Assembly (NCBI GenBank): GCA_965198175.1
Contig: OZ240245.1
Coordinates: 4,160,001-4,224,000, forward strand
Direction: 5' to 3'
Length of the DNA stretch: 64,000 nt
Origin: Candidatus Poribacteria bacterium
GTDB lineage: Bacteria; Poribacteria; WGA-4E; PCPOR2b
Numbering within the stretch: position 1 is the stretch's first letter; every line of letters starts with the position of its first letter. Positions 19,058 through 30,600 of the stretch are shown here, in pieces. The notes beneath the pieces are model-generated. The model saw only the letters and a list, made by a program, of their open reading frames with translations. It was not told where the DNA came from and made no database searches. The position numbers were made by a program, and so were the translations under genes.

Positions 19058-20155
19058 TCAAGCATCAATTGACTGTTCGTCCATTGGCAGAGGAATCACA
19101 TCTTCTGGATAGATGTAACAATCAATCTTCTCACCGACGGTTCTGCCCTCTCGCGCGGGATTGTATAGGCTCGCTTTGGCTGTGAGTTTGTCGGCGAGGG
19201 CAAGCTGGTATTCCTCGATGCGGCCTAGATAGGTCGCCTCAAGGACTTTCGCACTCAGTGGATTGGGAGCGTCCGCTGGCATTGCCTCGTCGATATGGAT
19301 GGATTCGGGACGGATAGAACAGAACACGTTTTCCCCATTGAAAAAGTCGTGGTAGATAGTAGCCGATCGAAGAATCCCTACTGCTGTCTCGATCTCAGCG
19401 GTTCCGTTCGACAGGGCGCGAATCCGACCTTCAATGAAATTCGTCTCGCCAATGAAGCTAGCAACGAAAGGGTTCGCAGGGGCACAGTAGACCTCACGGG
19501 GGGCGCCGACTTGTACGATTACCCCGTCTTTCATAATTGCCATCCGGTCCGCCAGAGAGAGGGCTTCTGTCTGATCGTGCGTCACGTAGATCGCCGTGAT
19601 GCTCGCTTGCGAATGAATCCGCTTAATTTCGTGCCGCATCTCAAGGCGCAACTTCGCATCGAGATTGCTGAGCGGTTCATCAAGCAGCAACACATCTGGC
19701 TCAACCACCAGCGCACGCGCCAAGGCTATCCGCTGTTGCTGTCCGCCAGAGAGCTTATTGACTGGGCGATCGGCATACTCTGGCATACGAACGACATCGA
19801 GCACCTCCATCACTTTCTCTTTGCGGGTCGCCTTATCAACCTTGCGAATGGTCAAGCCGTATTCGACATTCTCATAAACAGTCATGTGCGGCCAGAGCGC
19901 ATAGTTTTGAAACACCATCCCTGTGTTCCGTTTATGGGGAGGTACTTTATTCATGACCCGATCGCCAAACCGCAATTCCCCCACGTCGGGTGCGTAGAAT
20001 CCTGCAATAATCCGCAAGCAGGTTGTCTTACCACAACCCGATGGACCCAGCAGGAAAAATAGCTCGCCTTCCCGAATCTCAAGGCTAATGTCATTCACGG
20101 CGACGGTGGTATCGAATGCTTTAACAACTCGGTCTAAACGGACTGCAACAGACAA
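19058..20155 (-). CDS. ABC transporter ATP-binding protein (PotA/FbpC-like, TOBE C-terminus)
   Basis: GPSGCGKTT, LSGGQQQR, LLLDEPLSNLD, YVTHDQ. Confidence 0.92.
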   Translation of the reverse strand: MSVAVRLDRVVKAFDTTVAVNDISLEIREGELFFLLGPSGCGKTTCLRIIAGFYAPDVGELRFGDRVMNKVPPHKRNTGMVFQNYALWPHMTVYENVEYGLTIRKVDKATRKEKVMEVLDVVRMPEYADRPVNKLSGGQQQRIALARALVVEPDVLLLDEPLSNLDAKLRLEMRHEIKRIHSQASITAIYVTHDQTEALSLADRMAIMKDGVIVQVGAPREVYCAPANPFVASFIGETNFIEGRIRALSNGTAEIETAVGILRSATIYHDFFNGENVFCSIRPESIHIDEAMPADAPNPLSAKVLEATYLGRIEEYQLALADKLTAKASLYNPAREGRTVGEKIDCYIYPEDVIPLPMDEQSIDA

Positions 20156-20297
20156 TGGACAGCTTCCTCCTGTTTACACAAATTGGTATCTTGACACCCT
20201 ATCGCCCGGTGCTCGCCGTTTGACGAACAGCTTGGACGTGTATGTTAGTTATGAGTTCCGTTGATTGTCCGAGTCTTACTACCCTTGACTTCACGTC

Positions 20298-21163
20298 TCA
20301 CTCTTGGCTTCTATCAAATTCAGACCGAATTAACTTGCCGATTCTACTAAATCGGATATCCCCGATAATCTTCCAAATCTGCCAAGGCTTTGTACGACTC
20401 CCTCTATCGTGTGACCAGAAGATCAAGAAAGCTTGTCCTTTGATGTCCTTAACAGACCTTGTCCTTTGATGTCCTTAACAGACACAGGTCCCCAGGTGCG
20501 ACTATCTTGACTCTGATCCCGATTGTCGCCCATCGCAAAAACGTATCCCATCGGAACGACAAACGGTTTGCCCATCGGGAATTTCATGTGGAACTGATTC
20601 CGCGATAACTTGTAGTCTTCAAACACATTGTCAAATTCTTCCTGGGCATCGAAGGTTGGGAACTTATCCATAGATAACATACCGCTCCTCACCCCTTTCG
20701 CGCGGAAGGGCGGAAAGTCATATGTGGGATATGGAACGTGCTTGGTGTAATTGCTATCGCCAATCGCTCGTCCGTTGACGTAGAGCTGATCTCCCCTTGT
20801 TTCTACCTCGTCACCTTCGACAGCGACAATTCGCTTGATGAAATGCCTTTTCCGCTCGTGGGGTGGGATAAAGACAAAAACATCCCCCCGCGCCGGTTCA
20901 TGGAAGTTAAGGAGTTCAATATCGGTACCGGGGACTTTAATTCCGTAGATGAACTTGCAGACCAGGATGAGATCGCCAACGAGCAGCGTATCTTCCATAG
21001 ATCCTGATGGGATTTTGAATGCTTCGACAACAAAGGGGCGAATAAACCCAAAAACAAGAACGAAGGTGACCATGATGACCTGAAGATACTCCGATATCAC
21101 GGTCTGCTGGAATCGCTGCCATCGTGAAAGGTTTTCCTTTGTGTCTGCTGCAGTTGTATCCAT
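20298..21163 (-). pseudogene. lepB: Second signal peptidase I copy, frameshifted near its 3' end
   Basis: IPSGSME and FIKRI are intact. A 26-bp tandem duplication stops the ORF at 20423, while the paralogous C-terminus AFLIFWSHDRGSRTKPWQIWK...EFDRSQE* continues in another frame to 20298. Confidence 0.85.
20432..20483. repeat. Exact 26-bp tandem duplication
   Basis: CTTGTCCTTTGATGTCCTTAACAGAC at 20432-20457 and 20458-20483. Confidence 0.97.
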
Positions 21164-21221
21164 CAATACGTTTCCTCCAATGATAAGCAAGATATTAAAG
21201 ACAAGAAATCGGCTTCAGGTC

Positions 21222-22061
21222 TCACTCTTGGCGCCCATCAAATTCAGACCGAATTAACTTGCCGATTCTACTAAATCGGATATCTCCGATAATCTTCCAA
21301 ATTTGCCAAGGCTTTGTACGACTCCTGCTATCGTGCGACCAGTAGACCAAGAAAGCCTGACCCTTGATGTCCTTCACCAACACAGGTCCCCAGGTGCGGC
21401 TATCCTGACTCTGATCCCGATTGTCACCCATCGCAAAAACGTACCCCTTCGGGACGACAAACGGTTTGCCCATCGGAAATTTCATGTGGAACTGATTCCG
21501 CGATAGCTTGTGGTCTTCGAATACGTCGTCAAATTCTTCCTGGCCATCGAAGGTTAGGAACTTATCCATGGATAGCATACCGCTTCTCACCCCCTTTGTA
21601 TAGAAGGGAGGAAAATCGTGCGTGGGAAACGGAAAATGCTTGGTGTAATTGCTATCGTCAACTGCTCGTCCGTTGACGTAGAGCTGATCCCCCCTGGTTT
21701 CTATCTCGTCACCTTCGACAGCGACAATTCGCTTGATGAAATTCTTTGTCCGCTCGTGAGGTGGGATAAAAACAAATACATCCCCCCGCGCCGGTTTATG
21801 GAAGTTAAGGAGTTCAATATCGGTACCGGGGACTTTAATTCCGTAGATGAACTTGCAGACGAGTATGCGATCGCCAACCAGCAGCGTGTCTTCCATAGAT
21901 CCCGATGGGATTTTGAACGCTTCGACAACAAACGGGCGGATAAACCCAAAAACTAGAACGAAAGCGACGATGATGACCTGAAGATACTCCCATACCACAG
22001 TTTGCTGGAACCGCTGCCATCGTGAAAGATTTTCCTTTGTGTCTGCTGTAGTTGTATTCAT
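21222..22061 (-). CDS. lepB: Signal peptidase I
   Basis: IPSGSMEDTLLVGDRILV, RGDV, FIKRIVA, MGDNRDQSQDSR. GGAGGA RBS before ATG 22061; directly downstream of lepA. Confidence 0.93.
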   Translation of the reverse strand: MNTTTADTKENLSRWQRFQQTVVWEYLQVIIVAFVLVFGFIRPFVVEAFKIPSGSMEDTLLVGDRILVCKFIYGIKVPGTDIELLNFHKPARGDVFVFIPPHERTKNFIKRIVAVEGDEIETRGDQLYVNGRAVDDSNYTKHFPFPTHDFPPFYTKGVRSGMLSMDKFLTFDGQEEFDDVFEDHKLSRNQFHMKFPMGKPFVVPKGYVFAMGDNRDQSQDSRTWGPVLVKDIKGQAFLVYWSHDSRSRTKPWQIWKIIGDIRFSRIGKLIRSEFDGRQE

Positions 22062-22269
22062 CAATATATTTCCTCCAATGATAAGCAAAATTGAAGCTAC
22101 GATAATAATAACAAGAAATCGGCGTCCATGTAAGATGCGAGATGTGAACCGTGAGAGTTGAAGGACGCGCCTTGTCCTCACACGCTTCCATTTCTTCCTT
22201 TCGTTCACCTTTTCCAATGTGTACCGTCTTGTTGGTAATCCAGTATCAGATAGGTATCGGCAACATTCG

Positions 22270-22320
22270 GTAGGAGGGACTTCCTAGTCCCGATAAGCGG
22301 GACACGGATGTTCCTTCTAC
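22270..22320. repeat. GTAG...CTAC REP-doublet (REPIN-like) element
   Basis: 51-nt imperfect palindrome GTAGGAGGGAC...GTTCCTTCTAC. Its reverse complement matches 59329-59379 at 38/51 positions. Confidence 0.65.
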
Positions 22321-22376
22321 AGCGAAATCCTACAATCGTCCTAAACTGTTTTTTTTTGACAGCGATATCTTAATCA

Positions 22377-24170
22377 TCACTCAATGGAAAGTATCGCCAT
22401 GAACGCCTCTTGAGGCACTTCGACGCTGCCAACCTGTTTCATCCGTTTTTTACCTTCCTTCTGTCGTTCCAACAACTTTCGCTTGCGCGTAACGTCGCCG
22501 CCATAGCATTTTGCAGTGACATTTTTGCGTAAGGCGCGAACGGTTTCTCGTGCAATCACTTTGTTTCCAATTGCCGCTTGAATTGGCGCGTCAAACATCT
22601 GACGTGGAATGAGCTCGTGCAACTTCTCGACCAATGCCCGTCCTCGAGTGTTTGCCATATCACGATGAAGGATTGTCGAGAGGGCATCGACCGCTTTGCC
22701 GTTGAGTAAAATATCCAATTTCACCAAATCCGCACGCTGGTATTCGCCGATGTCATATTCGAGCGAACCGTAACCGCGCGTCGCAGATTTGAGTTTATCG
22801 TAGAAATCAATGAGAATCTCGCCCAACGGGAGATCGTACAGGACCTGTACGCGGGTTTGATCGAGTTGATTCATGTGGATAAAACGACCTCGACGTTTCT
22901 GACACAGATCCATGACTGCGCCAATATAGTCTCTTGAAACGATGATTTCAGCAGTGATGTGCGGTTCATCGATGTGGTCAATTTTATCCGGAAGCGGCAT
23001 CTGGGCGGGATTGTCGACCACAAGGGATTCGCCATCCTTTTGGAAGACATGGTACCGGACGCTCGGCGAGGTGCGGATAAGGGACAGATCGAATTCACGT
23101 TCAAGGCGTTCTTGGATAATCTCCATGTGCAGCAGTCCCAAGAAACCACATCGAAAGCCAAAGCCGAGCGCAACGGAACTTTCAGACTCGAAGGTGAACG
23201 AAGCATCGTTGAGCTTTAGCCTTTCCAACGCTTCCCGGAGGGAGACGAACTCACCGGGGTCTGCGGGATAAAGCCCGCAAAACACAAGGGGGTTGAACTC
23301 ACGATAGCCGGGCAATGCTTTTGGCGTCGGTCTGTCCTGATGGGTGATTGTATCCCCAATCTTTGCGTCACCTATCACCCGAATTGCGGCGATTAGATAA
23401 CCGACTGAACCGGTTGAAAGCTGGCTAACCGGTTCCATAGTTGGCAAAAAGACACCGACCTCCTCCACTTCGTAAGATTTCCCGGTCGCCATCAGCCGAA
23501 TGCCATCCCCCGTCTTAACTGCGCCATCAAAGACGCGGATATACATAACGACCCCCCGATAGCTATTGTATAGCGAGTCAATCACTAACGCCTTTAGGGG
23601 CGCTTCGGTATCTCCGTCCGGCGGCGGAATGTGGCGAACTATCGCCTCCAACACATCTTGTGTACCAATTCCCTGTTTTGCACTGACCAAAATTGCATCT
23701 TCAGCGGGTATGCCGATGATTTCCTCAATCTCACCTTTCACCGAATCGGGTCGTGCGATAGGAAGATCAATTTTGTTGATAACGGGGACAATCCCAAGAT
23801 TCCGATCGATGGCAAGATACGCATTTGCCAGCGTTTGGGCTTCTACTCCCTGGGCGGCATCGACAATCAAGATTGCCCCGTCACACGCAGCTAAACTCCT
23901 TGAAACCTCGTAGGTAAAATCAACGTGACCGGGAGTATCAATCAGATTCAACTCATAGACTTCTCCATCTTTGGCGCGATACTCCAGTCTGACAACGGTT
24001 GCCTTAATCGTAATCCCGCGTTCGCGCTCCAGATCCATCAGATCGAGCACCTGCTCCCGCATTTCACGCTGCGTCAAAGTACCCGTGTATTCCAAGAGGC
24101 GATCACTGAGTGTACTTTTGCCGTGATCGATGTGCCCTAAAATGCAAAAGTTCCGTATTCTCTGCTTCAT
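22377..24170 (-). CDS. lepA: Translation elongation factor 4
   Basis: [58 protein letters not shown]. Confidence 0.98.
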   Translation of the reverse strand: MKQRIRNFCILGHIDHGKSTLSDRLLEYTGTLTQREMREQVLDLMDLERERGITIKATVVRLEYRAKDGEVYELNLIDTPGHVDFTYEVSRSLAACDGAILIVDAAQGVEAQTLANAYLAIDRNLGIVPVINKIDLPIARPDSVKGEIEEIIGIPAEDAILVSAKQGIGTQDVLEAIVRHIPPPDGDTEAPLKALVIDSLYNSYRGVVMYIRVFDGAVKTGDGIRLMATGKSYEVEEVGVFLPTMEPVSQLSTGSVGYLIAAIRVIGDAKIGDTITHQDRPTPKALPGYREFNPLVFCGLYPADPGEFVSLREALERLKLNDASFTFESESSVALGFGFRCGFLGLLHMEIIQERLEREFDLSLIRTSPSVRYHVFQKDGESLVVDNPAQMPLPDKIDHIDEPHITAEIIVSRDYIGAVMDLCQKRRGRFIHMNQLDQTRVQVLYDLPLGEILIDFYDKLKSATRGYGSLEYDIGEYQRADLVKLDILLNGKAVDALSTILHRDMANTRGRALVEKLHELIPRQMFDAPIQAAIGNKVIARETVRALRKNVTAKCYGGDVTRKRKLLERQKEGKKRMKQVGSVEVPQEAFMAILSIE

Positions 24171-24285
24171 GATCTGGATTCACGCGAATCGATGATGTCA
24201 AAGATATAGTGGCAGAGGCGTAAACGTTTCTTCATAACGTACTTTCTCCTATCAACAAACTCCTGTAGTGCGAAGACTAGCGGTG

Positions 24286-24846
24286 TTACGGTTCAACCAG
24301 CGGAATACCTTGTTCGCACATTGGGCATTCATCGGGCGCATATGTGGGAATATCAATTGTCGCAAGGGAAATCGTTGGGACGCCAAAATCGATCGGCGTT
24401 GCACTGCGGTCGATGATAAAGGCTGCCGCCATGACCTGCGCACGGTAACGGCGGCTCAGATTAACCAACTTGAACACCGATCCGCCGGTTGTTAGGACAT
24501 CATCAACGACGACAACCCGATCGCGGGGCTCAATTTTAAATCCCGGACGAAGAATCATCTCATCGTTGCTCTTATCGCCGAACAGCGCGCGTGTGCCCAA
24601 TGCCCTTGCCACCTCGTGAGCCAAAATCACCCCGCCGATGGCAGGACCAATCACAACATCGACAGCCTCAACCTTTACTCGCACCGCAATCTCAGCGCCA
24701 AACGCGGAGGCGTACTCCGGATATTGCAAGACAACTGCAGTTTGTAAAAAACGATCGCTATGCAGTCCGGATCGTAGTCGGAAATGCCCAGCCAGTAGAG
24801 CACCTGAACCTTGAAAGATTTCTAAAATTCGGTCTTGAGTGAGCAT
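24286..24846 (-). CDS. pyrE: Orotate phosphoribosyltransferase
   Basis: GHFRLRSGLHS, PAIGG, VVVDDVLTTGGS. Adjacent to pyrF. Confidence 0.92.
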   Translation of the reverse strand: MLTQDRILEIFQGSGALLAGHFRLRSGLHSDRFLQTAVVLQYPEYASAFGAEIAVRVKVEAVDVVIGPAIGGVILAHEVARALGTRALFGDKSNDEMILRPGFKIEPRDRVVVVDDVLTTGGSVFKLVNLSRRYRAQVMAAAFIIDRSATPIDFGVPTISLATIDIPTYAPDECPMCEQGIPLVEP

Positions 24847-24968
24847 TATCGTAAAGCGCAATATTGTTGCGCAAGACACGCATTCTTGGAGTTTGTCTCC
24901 GATAGACTAAAAGACGTGAGCAGATTCGAAAAGATTAGACGCACAAGGGTCTCACCTTCGTCTCTTTG

Positions 24969-25706
24969 TCATCTTCCTTCGGACTGCCTAATCTCACTGA
25001 TAATCGCGTCCGCTGCTTCACGAGGGCGATCCGAGGCTGTGATTGGGCGCCCAACCACGATATAATCCACACCCTCTGCAATTGCCTCCGCTGGCGTCAT
25101 AAACCGCCGCTGATCTCCTGACGCTGCCCATGTCGGGCGAATACCGGGCGCAACAATCACAAAATCGTCACCGCATACCTCTCGAACCCGTCCAATCTCT
25201 AACGGTGAGGCAACCACGCCATCCAGACCGGCAGCTTGTGATAGCTCCGCGAGATAAGCCACCTGATCTTTCAGTTTTCGCTGCGTCCCAAAATCGCGCT
25301 GGAAGGTTGCCTCATCAATGCTTGTGAGGATGGTCACGCCTAAGAGAATCGGTGTGGGAATGTCCAATTCAGATGCCACTCTTTCGGCGGCTTCCCTTGC
25401 AGCACGCATCATCCGTAGCCCGCCTGAAGCGTGCATGTTAATCATTCTCGCCCTAATCATCGTTGCCGATGCGACTGCGCCCGCAACGGTGTTAGGTATG
25501 TCGTGGAATTTGAGATCTAAAAAGACCTCCTTTTTTTCTTCAATCAGCTTCGTGACAGCAGCGGGACCGGCAGCGGTAAAGAGTTGTTTGCCAATCTTGA
25601 ACGTCCCGACACAATCGAAAAGCTGAGTGACAATTCGACTCGCCTCCGTCAAACTATCGACATCTAACGGGACGATGAGTCTATTTTCAGGAATATTCAC
25701 ATTCAT
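24969..25706 (-). CDS. pyrF: Orotidine-5'-phosphate decarboxylase (start approximate)
   Basis: IVPLD, FLDLKFHDIPNTV, VTILTS, PGIR, GDQRR, VVGRPI. Confidence 0.95.
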   Translation of the reverse strand: MNVNIPENRLIVPLDVDSLTEASRIVTQLFDCVGTFKIGKQLFTAAGPAAVTKLIEEKKEVFLDLKFHDIPNTVAGAVASATMIRARMINMHASGGLRMMRAAREAAERVASELDIPTPILLGVTILTSIDEATFQRDFGTQRKLKDQVAYLAELSQAAGLDGVVASPLEIGRVREVCGDDFVIVAPGIRPTWAASGDQRRFMTPAEAIAEGVDYIVVGRPITASDRPREAADAIISEIRQSEGR

Positions 25707-25764
25707 CAATTGATTTGCATTTGTGTTTGAAAGCGAGTTCACCTCGTCTGGGGTTGTCGAGCCG

Positions 25765-27279
25765 TTATTCGCGGTAAACCTCCGCAATCGACTTGCCCGC
25801 CAGCACATGTTCGACGATTCGACGTGTGCTTTGATGCGCCGCCTGAATCTTAGCCTGCCGGGTTTCGATCTGCGTATCTATCTCGTTCAACTTCGCTTCA
25901 AATTCACCTGCCATCCGCTTAACTTCATCGGGTGATGTGCTCCCAAGGCTTTGGTAATTGCGGAGTGCACGCTTGGGATCGAGAATAGCTTGCAGTTGTG
26001 GAATTGACAAATTGACCTCTCGTTGTTGCAGCAGTCGTTGCGTCTCCTCCCAGTCTTGAAAAGGTTTGCCCATCTTCACCAGATCTCCAACGACGCCGCC
26101 AACAATCTCGTGACACTCACGGAACGCAAGGTCACATTCACGAACAAGATAATTTGCCAGCTCCGTCGCAGTTGCGAAGTTGGCGTTTGCTAACGCTTCC
26201 ATTCGACTCGTTTGAAAATCAAGTGTGTTAAGAATGTCGGGCAGAATTCCCAGACAGGATTGGATGATGTCAAAGGCATCCCACAACGGCGGTTTATCTT
26301 CTTGCAGGTCGCGATTATATCCCATCGGCAACCCTTTGAGGTTGGTCAAGTGATCCATAAGCGCCCCGTAGATATGACCCGTGCGTCCGCGTATCAGTTC
26401 GGCGAGGTCGGGGTTCTTTTTCTGAGGCATAATCGAGCTGCCAGATGCGTAGGCATCATCAAGAACAGCCATGCCGAACTCATAAGATGTCCAATAAACA
26501 AGTTCCTCGCCGAGTCGAGAGAGGTTCGCCATTAGCAGCGCCAGTGCACTGAGTGGCTCGGCGATGAAATCGCGGGAGCTGATGACCTCCAGAGCATGTT
26601 CATGCACCGAGTCAAAGCCGAGCAATTCTGCTGTCAAATGACGATCAATCGGGAATGACGTTCCGGCGAGCGCACACGCACCAAGTGGATTGACATTCAC
26701 GATTTCATAAGCTGCGTTCAAGCGCTTGTAATCGCGCAAAAACATGCTGACGTAGGCAGTTGCCCAAAAGCCGAGGCTGATGGGCTGTGCGTGCTGCGTA
26801 TGGGTGTAGCCTGGCATCACCGTTTCGGCGTGAGCGTATGCAACCGCTAAAAATTCGCGGCATAGACGAGACAAACCTCCCTGGGTTTGGAGGAGCTGCT
26901 CCCGAATGTAGAGGCGGGCATCGGCAAGGATCTGATCGTTCCGCGAGCGTGCCGTGTGTAGTTTTCCACCATATTCGCGTCCAGCCTGTCTGATGAGGTA
27001 CGACTCCACATTCATGTGGACATCTTCCCTTTCAGGTGTGAGACGGAACGTCCCGCTGTGGAAATCTGTTTCGGCGTTGTTTAACCCTATCAGGATGTGT
27101 CGAAGATCTACATCAGATATGATTCCCTGATGTGCCAGCATAATCGCATGCGCTTGACTTCCCCAGATGTCGTACGTAACCAAGCGAGAATCAACTTCAA
27201 TCGATTGCGTGAAGTTTTCAGTTTTAGTAGCGAGGTCTGAGCGGAAACGTCCGCCCCATAGTTTATTTGAGCTTTTCAT
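25765..27279 (-). CDS. argH: Argininosuccinate lyase
   Basis: LWGGRF, EDVHMNVE, HTARSRNDQ, MPGYTH, GSSIMPQKKNPD. Confidence 0.97.
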   Translation of the reverse strand: MKSSNKLWGGRFRSDLATKTENFTQSIEVDSRLVTYDIWGSQAHAIMLAHQGIISDVDLRHILIGLNNAETDFHSGTFRLTPEREDVHMNVESYLIRQAGREYGGKLHTARSRNDQILADARLYIREQLLQTQGGLSRLCREFLAVAYAHAETVMPGYTHTQHAQPISLGFWATAYVSMFLRDYKRLNAAYEIVNVNPLGACALAGTSFPIDRHLTAELLGFDSVHEHALEVISSRDFIAEPLSALALLMANLSRLGEELVYWTSYEFGMAVLDDAYASGSSIMPQKKNPDLAELIRGRTGHIYGALMDHLTNLKGLPMGYNRDLQEDKPPLWDAFDIIQSCLGILPDILNTLDFQTSRMEALANANFATATELANYLVRECDLAFRECHEIVGGVVGDLVKMGKPFQDWEETQRLLQQREVNLSIPQLQAILDPKRALRNYQSLGSTSPDEVKRMAGEFEAKLNEIDTQIETRQAKIQAAHQSTRRIVEHVLAGKSIAEVYRE

Positions 27280-27381
27280 TCTTCCGAATTCCCAGAGGCA
27301 CCAATGGCTTTATCCGGCGCTTGTATTCTAAGTTAGTTGGTTTCATCCTGCGAATATTCCACGGCGATCAAAGTGCGGTGT

Positions 27382-27411
27382 ATTATAGCATGAAGGCATT
27401 TAGCTTGGCAA
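27382..27411 (-). promoter_or_regulatory. Sigma-70-type promoter of the argH operon
   Basis: Minus strand TTGCCA-N18-TATAAT with extended TG. Confidence 0.55.
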
Positions 27412-27614
27412 GTGATGATTCGTACACCGATTCCGAGTCTTCAACGAGTATTTTTAGTGAATCCGATCTCCGCACTCACATGCCCTGCATCGGTATCAGA
27501 AAATGGCATCCTGCGTTACGCCGTGCAATTCGTCAAAGCGGAATTCCATTCTTGACTTTGCTGGGCTTTTATGCAAAAATAACATGAAAAGAACATGAGA
27601 TTTTGGAGCACTGG

Positions 27615-30600
27615 ATGCAACCCATTGAGAGAAATAACACCGCCGCCTGTAAATCGTCTCGCTTTAAACTGCAAACCGTCCTATTCACTCTCCTGACACT
27701 TCTATTTAGCACCCCCTTCTATCTTTGGGCAATCCCACCGCTTCAGCATTTTTACCCCCGGGCAGACTTTCCCAATTATGCGGATTATATCGCATTTCTA
27801 GAACAATTCCCCACCTACGCAGAATCAGAATGGCATAGCGGCTATCAAGGCGATTCCCAGCTCGGATATTTTAGCAACGGGGTGCATGACCACAATCAGA
27901 TGCGCGTGTTGGCTAATTTTATCTTCGTATATGCTTTGTTGGCTGCAGAAAAGGCGGGCGATCAAGTTGTCTCGGAAATCAGTCAAGGTACGCTTTTGAA
28001 TCGTGCGCGAGCGGCGCTTCGATATTTTACCGCAACGCACATCACCGGAGATAAAGTCTGCACGGACGGCGTAAAGTGGGGGGCACAGCCGCACCAGTGG
28101 TTGTCACCATGGGTTATTTCCAAAGCGGTGGCTGGGGCGCGCCTGATTTGGGATGAGTTAACCCAAGAGGAAACTGATGCCATTCGACGCGTCGTCGTTC
28201 ACGAAGCAAATTATCAGTTGGGAAACCGGGTGTTCTCCCGCGAATATGAAGATACCCAAGCTGAACTCAACGCCTTAAACGCCGAGGTACTTGCTTGGGC
28301 AACCAGCCTGTATCCAACCCACCCCAATGCGGAAAGATGGCTAGTGAAGGCGCAAGAATTGTTTATGAACACCTTTTCAGTTGAGGCAGATGCAAGCGAC
28401 ACCACGGTGGCCGACGGTAAACCGGTCAACCAATGGGTATATACCACGAACGCACATCCCGACTTCACACTTGAAGGGCACGGCGCCTATCAGTTTGATT
28501 ATATTGCAGTTCCACTTCACTCGCTCGCTTGGGCATACTACGCATTCGTTAGCAACGGACAGCCGGTTCCTCAATCTCTTTTTCATCATCTCAAGGATGT
28601 TTGGGACGCGCTGAAGCCTACACATCTCTTTTCTGGACGGTTTGCCTATTTTCAGGGTAAGGATTGGGCACGGTATGTCTATGGACCCTACTTTATTCTT
28701 CCCGCCTTAGTGCTGTTGGAAAATGAATTCAGCGACCCTGACGCACGGCTTATCGAACAACTCCGCTTTCGCGCACTCGCGTGGGAGCAGCAACAAAACA
28801 GTAATGGGAGCATTTTCGGGGAGCGGTTCGCAAATCAACGCCAGGGCTGGCCCCTTATCTACGAAACGGACAGCTACGCAAATATGGGGTTAGCCTATCT
28901 TCTACACCAATTCGCACCCTTGATAGACGCCGAAAACGTATATGTCTATCAGAAAAAGGTAGAAGGCAGCTTTCATAGTGAATATTGCCAATATCTCTAC
29001 GCTCGCTCAGAAGATCTGTTTGTATCATTTAGTTGGCGGCATCTGTCCGGACATTATCCAATGGTTTTATTTGTGCCTGGAGACGACGATATGGTGGAAT
29101 GGGCAAAAGGGAATTTCATCGGAAATGTCGTCCTTAAAGATGCGGACATTAGCCCTACACCCCCGCTTCATAATGAGCGTCTCCTTGAAGATGGTTTCGT
29201 CACTACGGGACACATAAGAGAGGGAAGACGGGGCAATGTAGACGGTGTAGACCACTACGTAAGTTTTACGGCGATGCCCAAGGACGGAATCGCAATAATT
29301 ATGGAATATCTCGTGGCACGGGAAACAATCGCTGTAACTACGCAAGCCGGCTTATCCTACTATTTGCCGAATGACATCTTCAACGAGAACATCCGCCATA
29401 TTCATTCTGTGGGCGACACAGTAAGGTTGTCAGGCGGGAGCGGCCCAGGCGAGGACATCACAATCAATTCCCCATGGATAAATATTGACGATAAATTAGG
29501 CATCATCAGCGTACGTAACAATGGCGTTTTTAGAATTCGACCCGGAAAGAGAAACATTTGGTACGGACAGATTAGTGAACAAATCGACTACATCTTGACA
29601 TCGCAACCGCGCTTGGGAGCGGGGAGATACGAAGAAGGCGATATAATTCGAGAAGGGGGTCATCTCTTAATCTGCGGCGACAAGGACGCGACAAAAAGCA
29701 TGGTGAGCAAACTTCAATGGTTATCTACAAGTGATAGTCTAGTTAAAGCGGTGAAATTGGTGACTGACGAATCTGATCGTTTGATAGTCGCAAACTTCCA
29801 CCCTGGTCCGGTAAATGCCGAGATTCCACTCTACAGCGGAACAGGAGCCTCAATGCATCTTCGCAGTCTGGACACCATTATCCACGATGGTCCACTGACT
29901 GAAATCACCCATCAAAAGGATGATTCAACCATGGTGCTAGTGCCCAAAGGCGAGTTTTTCATGGGCACTAGTGATTCGCAACTTGATGAAATCACGGGAG
30001 GTAATCAAACACTGAGGGAACTTTTCAGGCATGAACAGCCCCAGCATACAGTTTATTTGGATGCCTTTTACATTGACAAATATGAGGTGACTGTTGCGCA
30101 GTTTGAAAAATTTGTCGATGCCACCGGGTACATCACCGACGCTGAGCGGGAAAACTGGGGGTTTGTATGGGAGGGAGGCCACCTCTGGCCTCAAATTCAG
30201 GGCGCAAATTGGAAGGCGCCGCTGGGGCCCGGAAGCACGAGCCTAGACAAAATGAATCACCCTGTTGTACAAGTGAGCTACAATGATGCAGTCGCGTATG
30301 CAAAGTGGGCGGGGAAACGGTTGCCCACCGAAGCCGAATGGGAAAAGGCTGCGAGAGGCACAGACGGTCGGATTTTTCCCTGGGGAGATGAGTGGGACCC
30401 CAAGCGATTGAATTCATTGGAACTTGGACCTCGGACAACGACGCCTGTCGGGAGCTACCCGGACGGTGCAAGTCCGTATGGGGCGCTGGATATGGTCGGC
30501 AATGTCTGGGAATCGGTTTCAGATTGGTATAATCACGCTTATTATTCCACGTCGACGCAGTGGTCAAACCCACAGGGACCAGCGCACGGGATACATCGAG

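Noticed and set aside
19295..20062. Long antisense ORFs (also 43114..43800, 45783..46367, 51483..51980, 52701..53306)
   Set aside because: They are shadows of well-supported genes on the opposite strand, explained by codon bias and repeats.
22062..22217. N-terminal extensions in the ORF track (lepB, and likewise 7755, 25808, 36509, 40808, 56652)
   Set aside because: Downstream ATGs have better SD sequences or lie after the predicted promoters. The lepB extension has a hydrophobic stretch, so it is not fully excluded.
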